The notes: a model not told the origin generated them from the letters alone. Counted from the first letter of the stretch, positions 30,501 to 41,388 are shown. The stretch: 64,000 bases of DNA from Spirochaetia bacterium (GCA_965198005.1 CBDAOI010000004.1:1376001-1440000); one strand, 5' to 3'. Numbers and translations: made by a program.

Positions 30501-31459
30501 GTGGCTTCCAATCTTTCCCCGACTTTCTTAATCGACTTCGAGCCATGGACACCCAGACGACCGACGCCGCCCTTCAGCCTAGGATCAAGAAGGTCCCTTA
30601 CCGCATCGCCGAACATGCTCAGACTGTAGACGACAATCGTCAGGCAAAGCCCTGGCCAGAGCGCCAGCCGTGGTGCCATCTCCATGTACTGTTTTCCACC
30701 CCGGCTGAGCAGACCTCCCCACTCAGGAAGCTGGACTGGCAGACCGAATCCGAGGAAGCTCAGAGAAGCCGCACTCAGGATTACGCCTCCGATGCTTATG
30801 GTGAATATGATGATTACGACAGGCATAATATTGGGCAGGACATGTCGGATAAGTGTTCGCCATCTTGAACTACCAGTCGCCTCCGCCGCCTGAAAATAGA
30901 CATTCTCTTTTAAACCAATAACGGCGCCTCTGACTACTCTTGAGCCGCCGATGCCTCCCGATATCCCCAGGACTAGTATTACCTGTGGCACACCCCGCCC
31001 CACTATGGACATTATGGTTAACAAGAGGAGCAGTCCCGGGAAACACACCCAGGCATCGACAAATCTCTGCACAGCCAGGTCCAATTTACCACCAAGAAAC
31101 CCCGAAGTGCCGCCTATCAGGGTAGCCACCACAACATTGAGACTGGTCGCCGCCAGACCGACAGCTATCGAAAGACGAGCCCCGTAGATAAGGCGGCTCA
31201 AGAAGTCTCGCCCCAGCTGGTCGGTACCCAGGAGATACCGGGCTGATGGTCCCTGCAGCCTGTCTGCCAGGTGTGGTTCATCATATGGATAAGGAGCCAG
31301 AACATCGGCAAAGAGAGCCACAATAACTAAAATCAATAAGACAATCCCACTGGCAGTACCCAGTGGCTTCTCCCTCCACAGCCTGCTCAAGAAATCAACC
31401 GGTCCTTTACGTCTCTTTGACTCGCTTACTCGTGACGGTATCTCGGTGGCATAAGTCAC
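30311..31459 (-). CDS. ABC permease DppC-like; native stop lost, reads on over the SBP remnant
   Basis: Paralog of 24595..25566 up to ...ERLEA, then a non-homologous tail. Confidence 0.88.
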   Translation of the reverse strand: MTYATEIPSRVSESKRRKGPVDFLSRLWREKPLGTASGIVLLILVIVALFADVLAPYPYDEPHLADRLQGPSARYLLGTDQLGRDFLSRLIYGARLSIAVGLAATSLNVVVATLIGGTSGFLGGKLDLAVQRFVDAWVCFPGLLLLLTIMSIVGRGVPQVILVLGISGGIGGSRVVRGAVIGLKENVYFQAAEATGSSRWRTLIRHVLPNIMPVVIIIFTISIGGVILSAASLSFLGFGLPVQLPEWGGLLSRGGKQYMEMAPRLALWPGLCLTIVVYSLSMFGDAVRDLLDPRLKGGVGRLGVHGSKSIKKVGERLEATDIDHTGVRAGGDRCVCGGRQRTRRLGVRRRKGNGARSDDRQDGDRAGVRRDIHLRQPGKSDD

Positions 31460-31477
31460 GTTGTCGATCTTCCCCCT

Positions 31478-32479
31478 CTATCTATAACGGACCCTGGGGT
31501 CTAAATAGGGATAAATCAGGTCGGTAAGCAGAATGGTGAGCATAACCACGGTGGCGAAAAACAGGTTTATTCCGGAGACCACCGGGTAGTCTCTGTTATT
31601 GAGTGCCATCAGCATGAGACGACCTAGCCCCGGCAGGTTGAATATGTTCTCCATGATAACCGAGCCACCTACAAGCAGAGGCAACTGCAGGCCGATCAGG
31701 GTCACCACCGGGATGAGGGCATTCTTGATGGCGTGTCTGATAACAACCATCCTCTCCTTGAGCCCCTTTGACCAGGCCGTTCTGATATAGTCTTGCCTGA
31801 GCACCTCGAGCATCATGGTGCGCGTCATCCGCATTGTGGTTGCAGAAGAAGCCGTCCCCAGAATCAGGCTGGGAATGATGAGCACCCCGAGATTCCCCAG
31901 CGGGTCTTCGGTGAAAGGAACCCACTGAATCGGTGGCGACCAGCCCCACCAGATTGCAGGAAAGACGATCACCATCATTCCCAGCCAGAAGTTAGGGGTC
32001 GCCAGGCCGATGATGGCCGCGGTGCGCCCTACGTAGTCGGCGGCAGTATCCTGGCGAATCGCCGAGTAGATGCCGACTGGCAGCGCTATCAAGAGCCCGA
32101 TTACGATTGCCATGACACCGAGCTCAAGGGTCACCGGCAATCTACCTATTATCTTTTCCTCTATCGAAACAGGGCCGCCCCACAGTGATCCGCCAAAGGT
32201 GCCCTGGAGGATACCGTTGAAGTGGGACTCACCGGTAATCGAGTCAGGGGTAGGCAACACTCCTATCCAACGTCCGTACTGTACGTGCACAGGCACGTCT
32301 AATCCCAGCATGCGCTCGAGAGCTTCACGGTCGATATCACCGTCCGTGTAATCCATCCGACCCATCATCGTATCTATTACATCACCCGGGAGGAAGTGGA
32401 CCGAGAGAAAGACCAGGATGGTCAGTAAAAATAAGGTGGGGATTATCAGGAGTAATCGCCTGACTATATAGGCTCTTAT
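31478..32479 (-). CDS. ABC permease DppB-like (ATA at homologous start position)
   Basis: cacATAAGAGCCTAT vs paralog cacATGAGAGCCTAC; in frame with ORF 31478..32368. Confidence 0.88.
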   Translation of the reverse strand: MRAYIVRRLLLIIPTLFLLTILVFLSVHFLPGDVIDTMMGRMDYTDGDIDREALERMLGLDVPVHVQYGRWIGVLPTPDSITGESHFNGILQGTFGGSLWGGPVSIEEKIIGRLPVTLELGVMAIVIGLLIALPVGIYSAIRQDTAADYVGRTAAIIGLATPNFWLGMMVIVFPAIWWGWSPPIQWVPFTEDPLGNLGVLIIPSLILGTASSATTMRMTRTMMLEVLRQDYIRTAWSKGLKERMVVIRHAIKNALIPVVTLIGLQLPLLVGGSVIMENIFNLPGLGRLMLMALNNRDYPVVSGINLFFATVVMLTILLTDLIYPYLDPRVRYR

Positions 32480-32589
32480 GTGATACTACTCCTCTTCATT
32501 GCGAGCCCCGAACCATCGAGGCGTGGCAATCTCGTCGTCCCCAACCAGATCGCTTCGTCGTTAACGCCACTCGCAATGGCTTCGCGTAT

Positions 32590-32620
32590 GGGAGCTGGGA
32601 GGTTTGCCCCCCCAGCTCCC
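32590..32620. terminator. Hairpin after SBP gene
   Basis: GGGAGCTGGG...CCCAGCTCCC followed by TTTT on + strand. Confidence 0.7.
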
Positions 32621-32655
32621 TTTTCCCCTGAGGTCAGCCACAAGGGGTGAAACCC

Positions 32656-34467
32656 CTAACGACCCATCTCTGCCTTCAGCTCCTGGTCAATCCAGACGCG
32701 GGCCAACAAGGCCCTAAATTGATGATTTCCCATATGCGCTTCGCCGTTATACCCTTTGACCCACGGCTGACTCACTTGATACTGTGGAGAATCGGGGCCC
32801 CATATCATCCAGTGCTTCCCTATTGCATACTGATCTGCCTCTCGGAACAACCTCTGGTACTCTTCGAAGTCACTAGTAGCTCGAAGGGTATCAATCATGG
32901 CATCATAATCCGGGTCGCTGACCGCGGCGGCATTCCACGGGGAGCCTGTATAGAAGACAGACACTCGACCCTCACCAAAGTAGTGCGCGCCTGAACTCCC
33001 CGAGCGAAGAAGCTCAAAAGAAGCTCTTGAACCTTTCGCTAGCCACTCAGCGGCTGGCAGTACCCGAATCTCTAGATCAATACCAATCTCGCGCCAATAG
33101 AAGGCCACCAATTCGTAATAGTCAACAGAGTTCCATGGGCCAAGGATCACGGAGGTCTTGAATCGAATGCCGTCCGGACCGCGCGGTAACCCGGCCTCGT
33201 CAAGGAGATTGTCGGCGCCTTCTGTATCGTACATATAGCCCTTCTTCAACTCTTCGGGCCACTCATCAAACGGGACGAACCACCCTGTGAGAGATTCTCC
33301 TACCTGACCGTGAGGTGTCGTATCTGCACGACCATGAAAGAAGGTATCGTTAATTGTCTCCAGATCCAGTGCCATCTGCATAGCCTTTCGCACCCTGATG
33401 TCATCAAGCGGCGGCACATTAACGTTCACTCCCAAAGCGAAGTCCGAGCGGGAAAAATAGGGCCATTGTGCTATTTCCGGGTTGGTATTTGCGAGACTCA
33501 TCACCGGGTCTATAGTCCGTATCATGCCGCCACCGGTAGCGTAACCCAAATAGTCAATCTTGCCCGAGCGCAGTGCCGCCAGACGGGTTGCCTCTTCTTG
33601 CATCAACAAGTCTATTATCTTGTCAACATAGGGCAGGCGGTTCTCCGGGTACTTTTCGTCGAAGCCCCAGTAGTTCGGGTTCCTTTCAAAGGTTAGAGAG
33701 CTTCCCTCGACATAGTCGGTCAGCATAAACGGCCCCGTGCCGACCAGGTTCCTCCAATCTTTGGCATCGCCGTGTTGCTTTATTACATCCGGGGGATACA
33801 TCCAAAGGGTATTGTAATCGAGGATCTGCCTCAACGCAAAAAAGTGTGGCCGCTCCAGCTTAAAGACAACCGTCCACTTGTCGCTGGCCGCTATCGATTC
33901 GATTGCCACCTGGCCCAGAGCGCCAATTGCTGGGCTAGGTTCGGTGAAGCCGCTGCCCAGACCCAATAGACGGTGATAGTTATATACCATGTCATCAGCA
34001 GTAAACTCCCGACCGTTCATTGGTGCCTTATCGTGCCAGTGAACGCCCCTGCGGATGTTGAGAACGATCGTTGTATCGTCGGGCGTTTCCCAGGTTTCAG
34101 CCAATGCTCCTCTTAAAACCCAGGCAGGTGTGTCGGCACTAGTTGTCGGCCATTCGTTCCTATCTATAGCCCAGTCCACTATAGTTGGCTTCTCTAGAAC
34201 GCCATTTTTTTCGGCGAGACCGAAATTGTGACCCCACCAACTGTCACTGTGCTCCAACACCGCCGAAGCCCAGCCGGTGGTTAATGTCCCGCCATATCGT
34301 GGGGCCTCTACCATCTTGCCGGTTCCGGGGTCTAGCACCATCTCTTTCGCGGCGGCGGATGCGGAATCGTCGCTGTCGCTGCCGCCGGCGGCCCAGAGGC
34401 CGGCTGCGGTCAGAATCAGGACCAACGCAACCGCGAAGGTCATTCTAATACTTACAATATATTTCAT
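32656..34467 (-). CDS. Family-5 ABC substrate-binding protein
   Basis: MKYIVSIRMTFAVAL..., RRGVHWHDKAPMNG, VGTGPF. Confidence 0.95.
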   Translation of the reverse strand: MKYIVSIRMTFAVALVLILTAAGLWAAGGSDSDDSASAAAKEMVLDPGTGKMVEAPRYGGTLTTGWASAVLEHSDSWWGHNFGLAEKNGVLEKPTIVDWAIDRNEWPTTSADTPAWVLRGALAETWETPDDTTIVLNIRRGVHWHDKAPMNGREFTADDMVYNYHRLLGLGSGFTEPSPAIGALGQVAIESIAASDKWTVVFKLERPHFFALRQILDYNTLWMYPPDVIKQHGDAKDWRNLVGTGPFMLTDYVEGSSLTFERNPNYWGFDEKYPENRLPYVDKIIDLLMQEEATRLAALRSGKIDYLGYATGGGMIRTIDPVMSLANTNPEIAQWPYFSRSDFALGVNVNVPPLDDIRVRKAMQMALDLETINDTFFHGRADTTPHGQVGESLTGWFVPFDEWPEELKKGYMYDTEGADNLLDEAGLPRGPDGIRFKTSVILGPWNSVDYYELVAFYWREIGIDLEIRVLPAAEWLAKGSRASFELLRSGSSGAHYFGEGRVSVFYTGSPWNAAAVSDPDYDAMIDTLRATSDFEEYQRLFREADQYAIGKHWMIWGPDSPQYQVSQPWVKGYNGEAHMGNHQFRALLARVWIDQELKAEMGR

Positions 34468-34662
34468 GGTTCTCTCCATAAAATGTGTTCTCGAGAGTAT
34501 TGCGGGGCGGATTGCCGCTCCCTGGCTACTCTCAGGCGCGCAACGCTTGCTGCCAGTCTGAGTCAAATTCTCGGAAGCGCGCGGCGTGTGACTCATCCGG
34601 GTTTACCCCGGCTCACGCCGCGCGCGCCTATGGCTCTTTGAGTATCATTTTGCACCCCCTTT
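34468..34662 (-). promoter_or_regulatory. Conserved SBP leader, copy 3 (uORF MILKEP*ARAA* at 34648-34613)
   Basis: AGGGGGTG SD; same stems as the other copies. Confidence 0.8.
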
Positions 34663-34966
34663 TCTTGCTGTTGGGTGCCCCGACGGGACGGTGGCTCGGC
34701 CATAGGGCCGGCCGGCGCCGCAGCTAGCGCGCATCTCACGTCGAGAACTCTGTTCGGGCACAGATGTGTCGGTTGTCTGTATAGAGGTGCCGGCAAGCGT
34801 CCCTACGCATGCTGCTGTGGACCGGTGCAGTTTGCGGCCGACGCTGTCGGCCGTTAGACGCGCGGACGCGTGGCGGCTGTGCGCCACACCGATCGCTGGT
34901 GCCGCGCTCAGCATCGGCGCCGCGCACTCGGCTGCCGTGCGGTTGGCTGAGAGGCTAGCGGCGCGC

Positions 34967-35260
34967 GGTAGTCGGGTAGTCGGGTAGTCGGGTAGTCGGG
35001 GGCGTTAGCGCTAGCCGGCCGTTGGGATGGATGGCGTCAGTCACCATACGCGGACGAGCGTAGCCGACCGCGCGCCTTTGTGCAAGCGGCCACCTAACTC
35101 GCTGCGCCAGCGCTAGCCGGCGGCTGTGCTGGCGAGTGTCAGTCACCATACGCGGACAAGCGTAGCCGGCCGCGCGCCTTTGTGCAAGCGGCCACCTAAC
35201 TCGCTGCGCCAGCGCTAGCCGGCGGGTGGGCTGGATGGCTTCGGTGACCATGCGTCGACG
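34967..35260. repeat. (GGTAGTCG)x4 microsatellite followed by ~2.5 tandem 102-bp units
   Basis: 8-mer at 34967-34998; AGCGCTAGCCGG at 35007, 35109, 35211. Confidence 0.92.
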
Positions 35261-35422
35261 AGTTTAGCGGGCGGCCGAGCTTGTGTCCAGCGCTTTCTTT
35301 GCGTAGGTTTGGCAGCAGGGTCAGCGCGCTCGTCTGGTCCCGCCAGCCGGCGCCCCTGCCCATTCTTCTGTGAGCGCACGTCAGTTGGGGCCCCAAAAAA
35401 GAAAGAGTCAGACGGTGATTTC

Positions 35423-37249
35423 GTGACACCGGCACTTCCGCTGCGACATATGAAGGTGATCGACCTTGCGAGTGGGGCGGCGTCGTCGGTGGGGCTGGAT
35501 CTCGCGTTGCTGGGTGCGGATGTGGTGCGGGTCGAGCCGAGAGGCGGCCACGATGATCGGCGAGCGGCGCCAGCGGTTGATGGGGTGAGCCTAGACTTCG
35601 CGATCCGCAACCTGGGCAAGCGCGGTGTCGAGCTCGATGTCGGCGATGCGGCTGATCGTGCCGCGTTTTCGGGCCTGCTCGATGATGCCGATATCCTCAT
35701 CGAGTCGACGCGTCCCGGGTCGGCCGAGGCCGCTCAACTGCGCGCGGTCGACATCGCCGCGCAGCGCCCTACCCTCGTGGTCGTATCGATCAGCGACTTC
35801 GGGCAGGCCGGTGGCTGGGGGGCCGGGGGCCGGGGGCCGGGGGGTATGCTCGGTGGCTTGCCACATCGCCGGTCCTGGAAGCGCTGAGCGGCGAGGTGGC
35901 ACGCTCGGGAATCCCTGGGCGGCCGCCGCTGCTGCTACCCGGCGACCTCGCTATCGAGTGCGCGCTGGCTCAGGCGACCTACGTCGCGTTGCTGGGCTAC
36001 GTCAATCGTCTGAAAACCGGTCACGGAGACCACATCGATTTCTCGCTGATGAGGGGAGCGAGCCAGACGCTCGATCCGGCGTTCGGCATATATGGAAGCG
36101 CGACGATGGGCATCCCGGCGAGCGAGGTGCCACGCGGACGCCCGGAGGCCGCTTCCCTGTATCCCATCGTGCCATGCGCGGATGGGTGCGTGCGCCTCTG
36201 CGTAATCACGCCGCGCCAGTGGCAGGGCATGTTCGAGTGGATGGGAAGCCCGGCCGAGCTGGCCGACCCCTCCTTGAACCAACTGGTTGCCCGACGCAGT
36301 AGTCCCGATCTATTACCGGCCGTCGGTCGTTTCTTCGCCGACAAGACGCGGGCCGACCTCGAACGGGAGGGCCAGCGCGCCGGTGTGCCGATCGCCGCGG
36401 TACTGCACGACGACGAGGTGTTGCATAGCGATCAGATGGCGGCGCGGCGGGCCTTCGTGCCGGTCGAGCTCGCCGCCGGAGTTTCGGTGCCGGTGCCGAA
36501 TGGCGTCATCGAGATCGACGGTGTGCGTGCGGGAATCGGTGCGGAAAGTGCGGGTGGCGCTGCGGGTGGGGCGGCCGGTGGGGCGGCTGCCGCTGGTGCT
36601 GCGCCACCGCCCACCGCGGGCGAGCGCGAAACGCCGAGCTGGCCCTTCGCGGGTGCGCGCCCGCTCGCCGGGCTACGCGTGCTCGATCTTGGAGTGATCG
36701 TAGTGGGTGCCGAACAGTCGCGCCTGCTCGCCGATCAAGGCGCCGAGGTCATCAAGATCGAGAACAGTGCGTTCCCGGACGGCACCCGACGGAACCGCGA
36801 TGACAGTCCCATGTCGCTGCCATTCGCGGCCGGCCACCGCAACAAACGCAGTCTGGGCCTCAATCTGCGCGATGAACGGGGCAAGCAGCTGTTCTTGAAG
36901 CTGGTCGCGCACAGCGATGTGGTCATGACCAATTTCAAGCCCGGGACGATGGAGTCGCTCGGGCTCGGGCGTCCCGGCGGCCGCCATGCTGCGCGTGCAG
37001 GAGCTGCCGGATTTCCCCCTGTTCCAGGAACAGGGTTTCTATGTCCCGGCCAGCCACCCGGCCCACCCCGACCCTTTCTTGATGGAAACCGGGCCTGCCC
37101 GCTTTTCCCACATCGCCGAGCCGGCGATGCAACCGGCGCCCTTGCTGGGTGAGCACACGCGGGAGATCGCGCGCACGCTGCTGGATCTCTCGGATACGGA
37201 GATCGAAATGATGATAGCATCGGGCGTGCTCGAAGAGAGAGGCAAATGA
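35423..37249 (+). pseudogene. Double-domain CaiB/BaiF family III CoA-transferase, disrupted
   Basis: LGADVVRVE, NLGKR, ISDFG; second domain PLAGLRVLD, GAEVIKIE, RNKRS, PAPLLGEHT; breaks near 35815-35890 and 36970. Confidence 0.88.
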
Positions 37250-38149
37250 TGGCAACCGCGACCCAGGCGACGCAGCCGACGCAGCCGATTACGACGCTGG
37301 ACGAATTCGAAGAGGAGTTTCGCAAGGGCGTGGGTCAGCACGCAGCACTTCCCGATGAACTACGCCGGCGGCACCATCGACTTCATCCGGCCGATCTGGC
37401 GCGGCGATATCATCACCGTAAATGAGCAAGTGCGCGACGTGGTGCGTAAGCACAGCGAACGCATCGGCCCGTTCTGCATCTGCTCGCAATTCTCGACCTA
37501 CACCAACCAGCGCAAGGAGCTGGTGGCCAGCAAGACGACGTTGATGGCCCGCTATCACAATCTCGGCGATGGCCAGACGATGGAGTACGACCGAGACGCG
37601 AAGGAGCAGACCCTGCAGGTGCCGCCCGATCCCCTGGTGTGGGAGCGCGAGCGCCGCGGCGCCGAGACCCGCTACTGGGAAGACGTGGTCGAGGGTGAAT
37701 CGATAGCCGATCTGGAAAAGGGCACCTACACGGTCACCGACCTGTTTCTGTTCACCCACGGCGTGTACGGCACCACGCGCGCCTCACGCTCGGCGCTCGA
37801 GGGGGAGGGATCGACCGATCTCGGTGGCGGCGGCCGCTTCGACGAGGAGCACGCGAAGATGCGCCGCAACATGCCGGGCCAGTTCGACTGGGGCCCGCAG
37901 CGGGTGTGCTGGATGAGCCAGATCGCCACCGACTGGATGGGCGACGACGGCACGCTCAGGAAGATGGACAGCAAGGTGCGTCACCCCAACGTCGTGGGCG
38001 ACACCAACACCGTACGCGGGGAGGTGGCGCGCAAGTACCGGCAGGACGGCGAGCACCTGGTCGACCTCGACGTTCGGGTCGAGAATCAGACCGGCCTGGC
38101 CACCGCGTTCAGCCGGGTGACCGTGGCCCTGCCCACGCGCGCAGCTTAG
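37246..38149 (+). pseudogene. MaoC/FAS1-like double hot-dog dehydratase with N-terminal deletion
   Basis: RYWEDVVEGE, HPNVVGDT; ATG 37246 out of frame with the 37355 ORF. Confidence 0.75.
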
Positions 38150-38266
38150 GGCGCGGGTCACTATCTAGCTGTCAGACCCGGTGGCAACGTGCGTCTCGCG
38201 GCGGACTTGGCGCTATTGGCGCTAATTGCGCTTGTTACTGGTCTTTATTAGCGCTATTCTGTGGGC

Positions 38267-39400
38267 ATGGTGCTCCCAAGGTCCCTGCTACCGCTGATAC
38301 AAGAGAAAATCGAGCGCTCAGACAAGATCGTCATCCTCTACGGGCCCCGACAGGTCGGCAAGACGACGCTGGTCGGCCAGATCGTCGACCGCTCACCTTT
38401 GCGGACGCTGCTGGTGAACGGCGACGAGATCCGCTATGCCGATGCGTTGTCGAGCCGGGATTCGCGCGTGCTCGAGGGTCTGGTCAAGGGCTACGAGCTG
38501 CTCGTAATCGACGAAGCGCAGCGGATCCCCGACATCGGTATCAATCTCAAGATCCTGCACGACTCCCTGCCGGCGCTCAGGATCATCGCCACGGGCTCGT
38601 CATCCTTCGAGCTGGCAAATCGGGTCTCCGAGCCTCTTACCGGCAGAACCTGGACCTACGTGCTCTACCCCGTCGCGGTGCACGAGCTGGCGCTGACCCA
38701 CAATCCCTTCGAGTTGCGTGAGCTGCTCGGGGACATGCTCGTCTTCGGTTCCTATCCAGAAATACAGACCATGGGCGGCGACCTGGAACGGAGCGAGCTC
38801 TTGCGGGAGATCTGTAGCTCCTACCTCTACAAGGACATCCTCGAGCTGACCGGCATCCGCAACCGCGACAAGATCGCCGACCTGCTGCGGCTCCTGGCCT
38901 ATCAGGTCGGATCGCAGGTATCGCTCGAAGAAATTGGCAGAAAGCTGGGTATGGGCAAGGATACCGTCAGCTCCTACATCGATCTGCTGGAACAGTCGTT
39001 CGTGGTGTTTCGCCTGCCGGGTTTCAGCCGGAATCTCAGAAAGGAGGTCGTGAAGACCAAGAAGATCTTCTTCTACGATCTCGGCATCCGCAACGCCCTC
39101 ATCGACAATCTCAAGCGGCTGCCGGCCAGGAACGACGTCGGGCAACTATGGGAGAACTTTCTGATCATCGAGCGGCTCAAGACCTTGTCGTACGAGCGGA
39201 GGACGGCAAACCGCTACTTCTGGCGCACTTACACGGGCGCCGAGATCGACTACGTGGAGGAAGCCGGTGGTCGCCTCCACGGCTTCGAGTTTACGTTCGG
39301 CAACAAGGTAAAGAAGGCGCCCCGCACGTGGACGGAGACCTATCCTGAAGCCACATGGCAGCGCGTCGACACCCGCAACTATCTGGACTTCTTGAGCTGA
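38267..39400 (+). CDS. AAA_14 ATPase with DUF4143 domain
   Basis: YGPRQVGKTT, IDEAQ, ATGSS, YDLGIRN, YFWRT..EIDY. Confidence 0.93.
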   Translation: MVLPRSLLPLIQEKIERSDKIVILYGPRQVGKTTLVGQIVDRSPLRTLLVNGDEIRYADALSSRDSRVLEGLVKGYELLVIDEAQRIPDIGINLKILHDSLPALRIIATGSSSFELANRVSEPLTGRTWTYVLYPVAVHELALTHNPFELRELLGDMLVFGSYPEIQTMGGDLERSELLREICSSYLYKDILELTGIRNRDKIADLLRLLAYQVGSQVSLEEIGRKLGMGKDTVSSYIDLLEQSFVVFRLPGFSRNLRKEVVKTKKIFFYDLGIRNALIDNLKRLPARNDVGQLWENFLIIERLKTLSYERRTANRYFWRTYTGAEIDYVEEAGGRLHGFEFTFGNKVKKAPRTWTETYPEATWQRVDTRNYLDFLS

Positions 39401-41388
39401 TCGACGTCGAGCTGATCTGCGATCGTCAGCTTGATGAGCAGCTGACCTTCGGCGACCGCATCGCCGGCTCGACACACGAGCCGGCTGACGGCGGCGTCGG
39501 CCGGCGCCTCCAGTACGTGCTCCATCTTCATCGCTTTTAGGATTACCAGCGGCTGACGCGCGCGCACGCGCTGGCCTTCCTCCACGAGCATGCGCACGAT
39601 GGTGCCCGGCGTCGGGGCGCTGACCAGACTGGAAGCGGCGCTGGGCGGCCCTACCGTGCCCGCGCCATCGAGGCCGCCTTCGGCTTCCACCTCGTGCTCA
39701 CTTTCGGCGACCGCGTCACGTTCGCCGACTGCACCGAACGATAGCCGCCAGCGACGTTGGGCCCCGGCCAAGCGACTGCCGGCGACGGCGAACGAGCGGC
39801 CCTGGTAGCCGAACGACAGCGTCACGGTACCGTCCCCCCGCCAGGCGCCGAGGGCATCCCACGGGTCTATGCCCGCCGTGCTGTGGCGCGGCAGCAGGCT
39901 GACAACGGCCGCTGCCGCGAGCACCTCGTCGCCCAGGCGCGGGGCTAGCTCCTCCTCGGGCAGCGCCGCCGCAGTTGCGGGCGTTGCCGGAGACAGCGCC
40001 ACCGCAGTTGCCGCCGTCGCCAGGGCCGCCGGGGGCGACAGGGCCGCCGGGGCCACCAGAGTCGCCAGCGTGGTCAGGTCCGCGGCGCCCGAGACGAAGG
40101 GTGGATGCCGAAGCACGGCGGCGAGCAGGCCGAGGTTGGTCTGCACGCTGTCGACGGCGTAGGCGGCCAGGGCGCGCTGGCAGCGTTCGATCGCAACTGC
40201 CCGCGAGGCGCCGTGAACCATCAGCTTGGCGATGAGCGGGTCATACGCCATCGAGACGACCGACCCTGTTTCGACGCCGACGTCGTTGCGGATGCCCTCG
40301 CCCGCCGGCGGCGCGAAGTAGTCGAGCCGCCCCGATGAAGGCAGGTAGTCGCGCGTCGGCTGCTCGGCGTAGATGCGACATTCGATGGCATGGCCCGACA
40401 GCGTCACCTCCTCCTGAGCGAAGCCGATCGGCTCCCCCGCAGCAATACGCAGCTGCAGCGCAACCAGGTCGTGACCGCTTGTCAGCTCGGTGACTCCGTG
40501 CTCAACCTGCAAGCGGGTGTTCATCTCCAGGAAGTAGAACTCACCGCTCGGGTCGAGCAGGAACTCGACGGTACCGGCGTTGCGGTAGCCGGCCGCGCGC
40601 GCGATGCGCACCGCCGCTTCACCCAGCCGCGCTCGCAACGCCTCGTCGACCGCGGGCGAGGGGCTCTCTTCGATCACCTTCTGGTAGCGCCGTTGGATCG
40701 AGCAATCGCGCTCGCCGAGGTGCACCGCGCCGTCGTGGGCGTCGGCCAGCACCTGCACCTCGATATGGCGACCGCCCACGACTGCGCGCTCCAGCAGCAG
40801 ACGAGCGTCGCCGAAGGCGGCGGCAGCCTCGCGACCGGCCGCCTCGAGCGCCTCCTGCAGCTCGCCCCGATCGCGTACCAGCCGCATACCGCGGCCACCG
40901 CCACCGGCGGCAGCTTTCACCATCACCGGATACCCAATCGCCTCGGCGCCCGCCAGCAGCGCTGCCACATCATGCTGCCCCGCCTCGCTCCCCGGCAGCA
41001 CCGGTACGCCGCTGCCGACGGCCAGCTGGCGCGCCGCAGCTTTGTCGCCCATCGCCCGCATCGCCGACGGCGGCGGGCCGACGAACACGATGCCGGCGGC
41101 CGCGCACGCCTCGGCGAAGTCGGCATTCTCGGACAGAAAGCCGTAGCCGGGGTGAATGGCGTCGGCCGCGGTTGCGTGCGCCGCCTCGACGAGCGCCGCG
41201 CCCGCGAGGTAGCTCTCGGTGGCACGGGCCGGCCCGATGCGCACGCGCTCGTCGGCGCAGCGGGTGTGCAACGCATCGCGGTCGGCGTCCGAATAGACTG
41301 CCACCGTGCGCACGCCCAACTGCCGGCAGGTGCGAAAGATGCGCAGCGCGATCTCGCCGCGGTTGGCGACTAAGACCTTGCCGAACAT
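39379..41388 (-). CDS. Acyl-CoA carboxylase alpha subunit (biotin carboxylase + biotin carrier)
   Basis: KVLVANRGEIA, HPGYGFLSEN, GGGGRGMR, ERDCSIQRR, EMNTRLQVEH, AMKME. Confidence 0.92.
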   Translation of the reverse strand: MFGKVLVANRGEIALRIFRTCRQLGVRTVAVYSDADRDALHTRCADERVRIGPARATESYLAGAALVEAAHATAADAIHPGYGFLSENADFAEACAAAGIVFVGPPPSAMRAMGDKAAARQLAVGSGVPVLPGSEAGQHDVAALLAGAEAIGYPVMVKAAAGGGGRGMRLVRDRGELQEALEAAGREAAAAFGDARLLLERAVVGGRHIEVQVLADAHDGAVHLGERDCSIQRRYQKVIEESPSPAVDEALRARLGEAAVRIARAAGYRNAGTVEFLLDPSGEFYFLEMNTRLQVEHGVTELTSGHDLVALQLRIAAGEPIGFAQEEVTLSGHAIECRIYAEQPTRDYLPSSGRLDYFAPPAGEGIRNDVGVETGSVVSMAYDPLIAKLMVHGASRAVAIERCQRALAAYAVDSVQTNLGLLAAVLRHPPFVSGAADLTTLATLVAPAALSPPAALATAATAVALSPATPATAAALPEEELAPRLGDEVLAAAAVVSLLPRHSTAGIDPWDALGAWRGDGTVTLSFGYQGRSFAVAGSRLAGAQRRWRLSFGAVGERDAVAESEHEVEAEGGLDGAGTVGPPSAASSLVSAPTPGTIVRMLVEEGQRVRARQPLVILKAMKMEHVLEAPADAAVSRLVCRAGDAVAEGQLLIKLTIADQLDVDQLKKSR

